DNA of 64,000 nucleotides from Eukaryota sp. GEM-RC1. Taxonomy: Eukaryota. This document shows positions 59,001-64,000 of this stretch, one piece after another. The translations under genes were made by a program, and so were the position numbers. Location: contig JAUFOQ010000002.1 of NCBI GenBank assembly GCA_040285855.1, positions 2,728,001 to 2,792,000 of the forward strand, written 5' to 3'. Below the pieces are notes generated by a model. It searched no databases and was not told the DNA's origin. It saw only the letters and a program-made list of their open reading frames with translations. Numbering within the stretch: the stretch's first letter is position 1; each line of letters opens with the position of its first letter.

Positions 59001-60860
59001 AACATTAGAAAGATCATCAGCAATAAGCATGACGTCATCAGATAGATCACATAAGGAAGTAGGAATGTCTGATTCAATGAACTTAATCAGTAAGCTTCCA
59101 GTAGAAACAAGAGGAGCCATAGTAGACTTAATAAAACCTTCTGGTAATTCTCCTACAGCGTGGGCAAACTCGGTGTAATTGGAAGAGACTGCAGTGTATA
59201 CACAGTATAAATCAGTCACGTGACAGTCTTTCAAAAGAGAAGCAAGACCCGTGTCTAGATTCTGTTCAATGACAAACTCAAAGAATTCAGCAATAGAACG
59301 AGCAACCGCAGCACCATTTTCATCAAGGGTTCTAGAACTCTCCAAAATATCAATAAGAAATCCTGCGTGGGAGTAAACAGGCTCGGGAAAAACTTGTAAA
59401 AAGAAGAATCGAATAGTAGCAAACACATCAGGTTGTGATGAAGCTTCATTCATAACGAACACATAAACGAATTGAACAGCAAGGGACGATGCGTATTCAT
59501 GGGCAACTTCATCAATGATTAAAGCAACTGGAACATTATAGATATAGACATCCTCAAACTCAATCAATATCTCATCAATACTAGTGAAGAATGTTTCAAA
59601 GTCATAGTCCATAGAAACATTGACAAAGACTCCAATTAAACGGGTATAGACGGACACTTCACCACCAAAGAGCAACTCTAACGCGGTAACAACTTCCTTC
59701 ATTCCTTGTGCAATGTCAGGATCAACAAACGATGAGATCTGTGTGACAAGTTGCATGGCCATAGACATTTTCCCATCAGTTTTGGAGAAGAGGGTCACGA
59801 GGGTTTCTTCAAACGACATTGGCTTACGGAGAACAGCATTGAGATCCAGAATAGATTTGATAGCAGGAGTAAGCACTTGGAATTCAGTGTTGTTGAGAGC
59901 AAACTCAATCACTTTGAAGATGCGGTCAGATCCAGTGAGCGTGGGATCGGGATCGGAGAAGCGACGAAGGACATCAAGGAGGTCTTTGAGAGAGTGAGTG
60001 GCGATGGTTAAGTGACCAAAGATTTCGGAAACAGGAGTGTTAAGGTGTTCGTTGAAGAGGAGGATGATTCGAGCAGGGGATTGGGCCTCGGGAAGTCCAG
60101 CGACGAAGAGTTGAATAGGTTCAGAGAGAGTCCGGAGAGCATGTTCGATATTGATTTCACTGCAGACGACATCTTTGATAAGAATATCAAGGGATGACTT
60201 GAGAGTGGGAGCTTCTGTCAAAAACACGTGATGCGCAAGACTGAAAACATTGGCGAGTGGAAGACAGCTTTGGAGAGCGGGGATATCTGTGATCTTAGTG
60301 TGAAACTGCAACAGATTCAACAAATCAGCGATATGTTGATTACCGAGTTTGTCAACATTGGAGAGAAGCGTGGGGAGGACGTGTCTAAAATCAATGTTGG
60401 GGAGTCTATCAGAAATGGAAGCAGCAAACTCTGTAACGGCTTTAGGGAACGAATCTTCAAAGATATTGTAATGATCAGCAGCAAACTTAGCTAGCGACTG
60501 GATATCGACGACGGTTTCCAACTTTGGAATGGCACGAATAAGGTCTTCAAGTTTCAATCCCATGAAGGAAGGGCATCCCTCGCGTGTTCTGGAACACTCC
60601 AATAAGTAGGATTGTAGTACATGAACGATAGAGTCAGCATTTCGATGTTGCATAGCACTAATGAATCGCAAAGGGTTTCGAGAAACAACGGCATCCACAA
60701 CAGCATTTGAGGATCCCCAGAGGCTAGCATCAAAAGTCTTCCGGGATTCGGACATGACACTAAACTCTGCGTGTGAGCAACGACTCACCGTGGAGTCACC
60801 AATGATAACCCCACCAGAGACTAAACATACAGTTACGAATAACAAGATTAACAACCGCAT
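53065..60860 (-). CDS. ~2600-aa type I membrane protein with REJ-like region, GPS/GAIN motif and single TM; apparent frameshift ~57230
   Basis: Signal peptide MRLLILLFVTVCLVSG; PTPGRLTITPSTGVALTDYF REJ-like; CKYWN..WSTEG..CKTSHLTTFA GPS; TM followed by WRKK. Confidence 0.8.
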
Positions 60861-61071
60861 CTGAAGGAGAGAAATGTCATTTTGACAGACCAAACTCACT
60901 TCCCAGAGACTCAATCAGATTTAGTTTAATGTCAGCAGTCACTTCTTGAAACTACTGAGACCCTACTTCAGTATAGTATGCTGGACGGTTATAGATCACC
61001 TAAATCTTAGAACATAAGAGTATCCTGTAGGATCTTTCGAGGTGTAAAATCTTTATCATAATGGGCTAGGG

Positions 61072-62430
61072 ATGTTCCTTCACCGTATTTTTCACGTCAC
61101 TATAAAGCGTTATGTGCCATCTGGATTCTTTGTACCCTGTCTAGTAGTTTGTTTTTTGTTGTTTCTCTTGCTGGTTGTTTGTGTCCCCAATTCAACACCT
61201 GCCACTTCTCACAATCATCACTTTCTAGCCAACTTCTCCTCTAATGAACCACTCAAATCTCTTACTGTCTATGGTGGTACAGATGTCCGTCTTTCAAACG
61301 CCGTCATCCGAGATCATTCTACTCTTCTTGTCTCTGGAGTTGTGTTACATTCTCTCCAAAATTCTGCAAAGACTGTTCAATGTACCTCAATTGAACTTCC
61401 TTCTTTTGTTTGCACCTTAGAAGTTGTTAGATTTTCGGCAGACCATACAACTGGGATGGCGTTTCATGCAACTCTTTGGAAATTCCACCTGAACTTCCCT
61501 ATTACTAGCGTTAAGCTGGAATTCCCTACATTTCACACCGTCTTCTCTATTTCAGTCATTGATCGCTCTACTGATATCATTACTGGTCCTAAAACATCTC
61601 TATGTATTCCAACAGTTCGAAATGTTGACCCTGTGCGATTGTTACAATTTTTAAAATATTATGAATTGAATCATTCCATCGACAATTTCCAAATATATTC
61701 GTCTTCCAGTGAAGCAGCGTACATGGCCAAAGTATTAGACTCCATTTCTACTTCTTCCACTTATTCATTAGTTGTGGTAAAAGATGATTTAATCTTAAAT
61801 GATATTCATTACTTTGGCCAGTCTTTAATCATTCTTGATTGTTTGTTGAATTCAATTGACCGTTATGATTATTTATTCTACAATGATATCGACGAATATC
61901 TCACACTACCGAAATTATTCCACTTTTCCAAATTATTTGAGGATGATACTGCAATCGTATCGTTTGGTTCTAAATCATTCTCCATCGATTATTGTACACT
62001 TTCTAATAGTTCTATCTCGTTTAACTCGACTTCTCCTGTTGATTTAATGCCTATTGAATCTTCCATGTTACCGTCTTGTCGAGATTTCAAACATACTTAT
62101 TTAAAATTTGATCCTGAATTCTGCGTGTTAGGAAAAGGACTCCGCAAGTACATTGTCAGGCCAAACAAAGTTGATATGGTCAACGTGCACTCAGGACTTC
62201 CTTCTAGTGGTTTTAAAGTAAAGGATGTTAGTACCAGACTAGGGGTTTACAGGCATTATCGTGAGTACCCTTTTAACAGGGAAATTTGTTCCAAGTCTGT
62301 GGATGACCTGGGAATTCTTGATGAATTGGTATATTCTTGGACTAGTTTTCCAATAGAAAAAGTTGTTAACTACAAACGAAGTTCATTCTACAGGTTTTGT
62401 AGGAGGATTTATAGGTTTTTTATAAGATGA
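61072..62430 (+). CDS. GT92/DUF23-like type II membrane glycosyltransferase
   Basis: N-terminal TM; GQSLIILDCL, DIDEY DxD motif, KYIVRP..V..VH, RHYR. Confidence 0.7.
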   Translation: MFLHRIFHVTIKRYVPSGFFVPCLVVCFLLFLLLVVCVPNSTPATSHNHHFLANFSSNEPLKSLTVYGGTDVRLSNAVIRDHSTLLVSGVVLHSLQNSAKTVQCTSIELPSFVCTLEVVRFSADHTTGMAFHATLWKFHLNFPITSVKLEFPTFHTVFSISVIDRSTDIITGPKTSLCIPTVRNVDPVRLLQFLKYYELNHSIDNFQIYSSSSEAAYMAKVLDSISTSSTYSLVVVKDDLILNDIHYFGQSLIILDCLLNSIDRYDYLFYNDIDEYLTLPKLFHFSKLFEDDTAIVSFGSKSFSIDYCTLSNSSISFNSTSPVDLMPIESSMLPSCRDFKHTYLKFDPEFCVLGKGLRKYIVRPNKVDMVNVHSGLPSSGFKVKDVSTRLGVYRHYREYPFNREICSKSVDDLGILDELVYSWTSFPIEKVVNYKRSSFYRFCRRIYRFFIR

Positions 62431-63011
62431 CTTTGTTTTACTGTATGTTGTGATTTGTCACTCCACTTTCACTGAGAGTAAGAGTACGTCACCTAGACGA
62501 TCTGACTAATCATCCATTGTGGTTAATGACTTTGATTAGTGATGACGTCATTGTGATTAGTGAGTTTCTTGTCTCCAATCAAAGTTTTCTGATCACAGTC
62601 AATTGATTACTTTTGTACATCTCTTTAATTTGTCCATTAGTGCTCGTATATTAAGTATAAAATAAAATTTACAAAATTAGTGATCGGTTAATGAACGCTT
62701 AATTGAGACTATTTCATTCTTAAATTTGAATTCTATTGTGAACCTGTCCTTACTTAGAGTTCTTTCTCTTAGTTTAAGTGTATGTACACTTAAATGATCG
62801 ACTGATGCTTCACGTAAATGACGTGAAGCAATATTAATTCTGGGACTAGGATTCATGACCTACACTGTAAAGTTAATACGATTACATTGTAGTAGAGTAG
62901 ACTTTGGTCAAATTATGAAAACACAGATAGTAATAAAATTTTATAAAAAAATCCAAATTCTATACACAAAGTCAATAAATCAATCAAATCCAAAACACAA
63001 TAGTCAAAAAA

Positions 63012-64000
63012 CTACAGAGATAGTCCAGTCACAGTGTTCAACATGTTCCTAATAGTGGCCATCTGACCTCCATATCTCACTGCGTAATCAGCCCCAGTAT
63101 AACCCCAGATATCCCAGCATCCCTTAGGATTGTAAGGTAGAAGAGAAGAGATATCAGCCTGAGGGAAGAGGACGATGATCCCCCTAGCTTCAGCCCATTG
63201 AGCATAGCCAGAGTGACGTACAAACACTTCTCCAATGACTCCAAGTCCTTGCCTGCAACCGTGGAATGCAACGTGGAGAGGGCAAGTACCAGGTTCAAGG
63301 CACTGCTCAGGAACGTAGACCATGCCAGAGGATCCTAGAGAGAGGTTAGAGAGAGTAAGACCGAAGGGGAGATGATCACGTTGAGCGAAGAAGTAGAGGT
63401 TCTTCTCTTGGAATAAACCTGGGACTGATGGAAGATCGCCAATGAGCCAGTCCAGTACTTCCCTGGCACCATCATAGTCACAGTTGTTGATGTATGGAGC
63501 GCCGTTGTAGAGACAATCGCTACCATACTTTTTAGTGGGCATTGCGTGTTCTCCTTGGTTGTTGAAGACAGCTTTGATGTTGGAAGGGTCAACAAAGTGC
63601 TCGTAATAGTCTACTAGTTTCCTTGCAACTCCAGGATTGACAGTGCTGTCATCAGATGGGGAGTAGACAAAGATCTTGGCGTCCTCCATATGAGAAGGGG
63701 AATCGATGGAGAGAGTGGTTCGCGCAAATCTAGTGGCGGCCACAAGCTCAGATACTATAATACAAACTGGATCGGCCATGCAACAGGTTTGTGCGATGAC
63801 GACGTTGGCATTAGCACACCAATATGGACCGCCAGCGAATGATCCCATTCCCTTGATATGCTTGGAGAAAGCAACGTGTAACTGAGTGCTCATAAAAGCA
63901 CCAGAACTCAGTCCAGACACAGTAATGTGAGAGGAGCTGCGGAATGAAGTAAGAGGAGTAGCCGTATGATTAAAGGAAAAGCATAGACCGATAAAGCCAA
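63012..64000 (-). CDS. PHB-depolymerase-like serine esterase; frame open to the window edge
   Basis: VSGLSSGAFMSTQLHVA, FAGGPYWCA, HVAFHGCRQ, IVLFPQ, NPKGCWDIWGY. Confidence 0.85.
   Translation of the reverse strand, partial: GFIGLCFSFNHTATPLTSFRSSSHITVSGLSSGAFMSTQLHVAFSKHIKGMGSFAGGPYWCANANVVIAQTCCMADPVCIIVSELVAATRFARTTLSIDSPSHMEDAKIFVYSPSDDSTVNPGVARKLVDYYEHFVDPSNIKAVFNNQGEHAMPTKKYGSDCLYNGAPYINNCDYDGAREVLDWLIGDLPSVPGLFQEKNLYFFAQRDHLPFGLTLSNLSLGSSGMVYVPEQCLEPGTCPLHVAFHGCRQGLGVIGEVFVRHSGYAQWAEARGIIVLFPQADISSLLPYNPKGCWDIWGYTGADYAVRYGGQMATIRNMLNTVTGLSL

Noticed and set aside
3601..63595. Many short antisense or overlapping ORFs in the track
   Set aside because: Shadows of longer genes with recognisable motifs; no independent support

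Overview
Compact, AT-rich eukaryotic genome, probably a flagellated protist (WDR34-like gene, 28-nt GT-AG introns, divergent ATGs only 29-54 bp apart). Host genes: two head-to-head ABCB half-transporters, YjbQ, Y14/RBM8A, a 13-domain prosaposin-like protein, MCM6, a CDK-like kinase, MPP6, tRNA-Glu(CTC), WDR34-like, AlkD-like, asteroid-like, an amino-acid permease, a ~2600-aa REJ/GPS membrane protein, a GT92-like protein and a PHB-depolymerase-like esterase. Transposon debris includes a Gypsy-type LTR end, several hAT elements and about 7 CRE-like non-LTR 3' fragments. The main result is two divergent minus-strand elements (A ~17.1-21.7 kb, B ~43.6-49.9 kb) with one architecture: in-frame tandem repeat, 2A/StopGo peptide (DIESNPGP), Ulp1/SENP8-type protease, degenerate PolB-type exonuclease-like domain, Fanzor (TnpB-like RuvC with D/E/D present), CCHC knuckle(s), and a strongly structured 3' tail. 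No transposase or reverse transcriptase is visible in either. A third, inactivated Fanzor (C) lies at 37-38.3 kb. All three structured tails end about 3-20 nt before the ATG of a co-oriented host gene. Many frameshifts sit in homopolymers, including in host genes, so they may be assembly errors. All domain calls come from motif recognition by eye, not from database searches.
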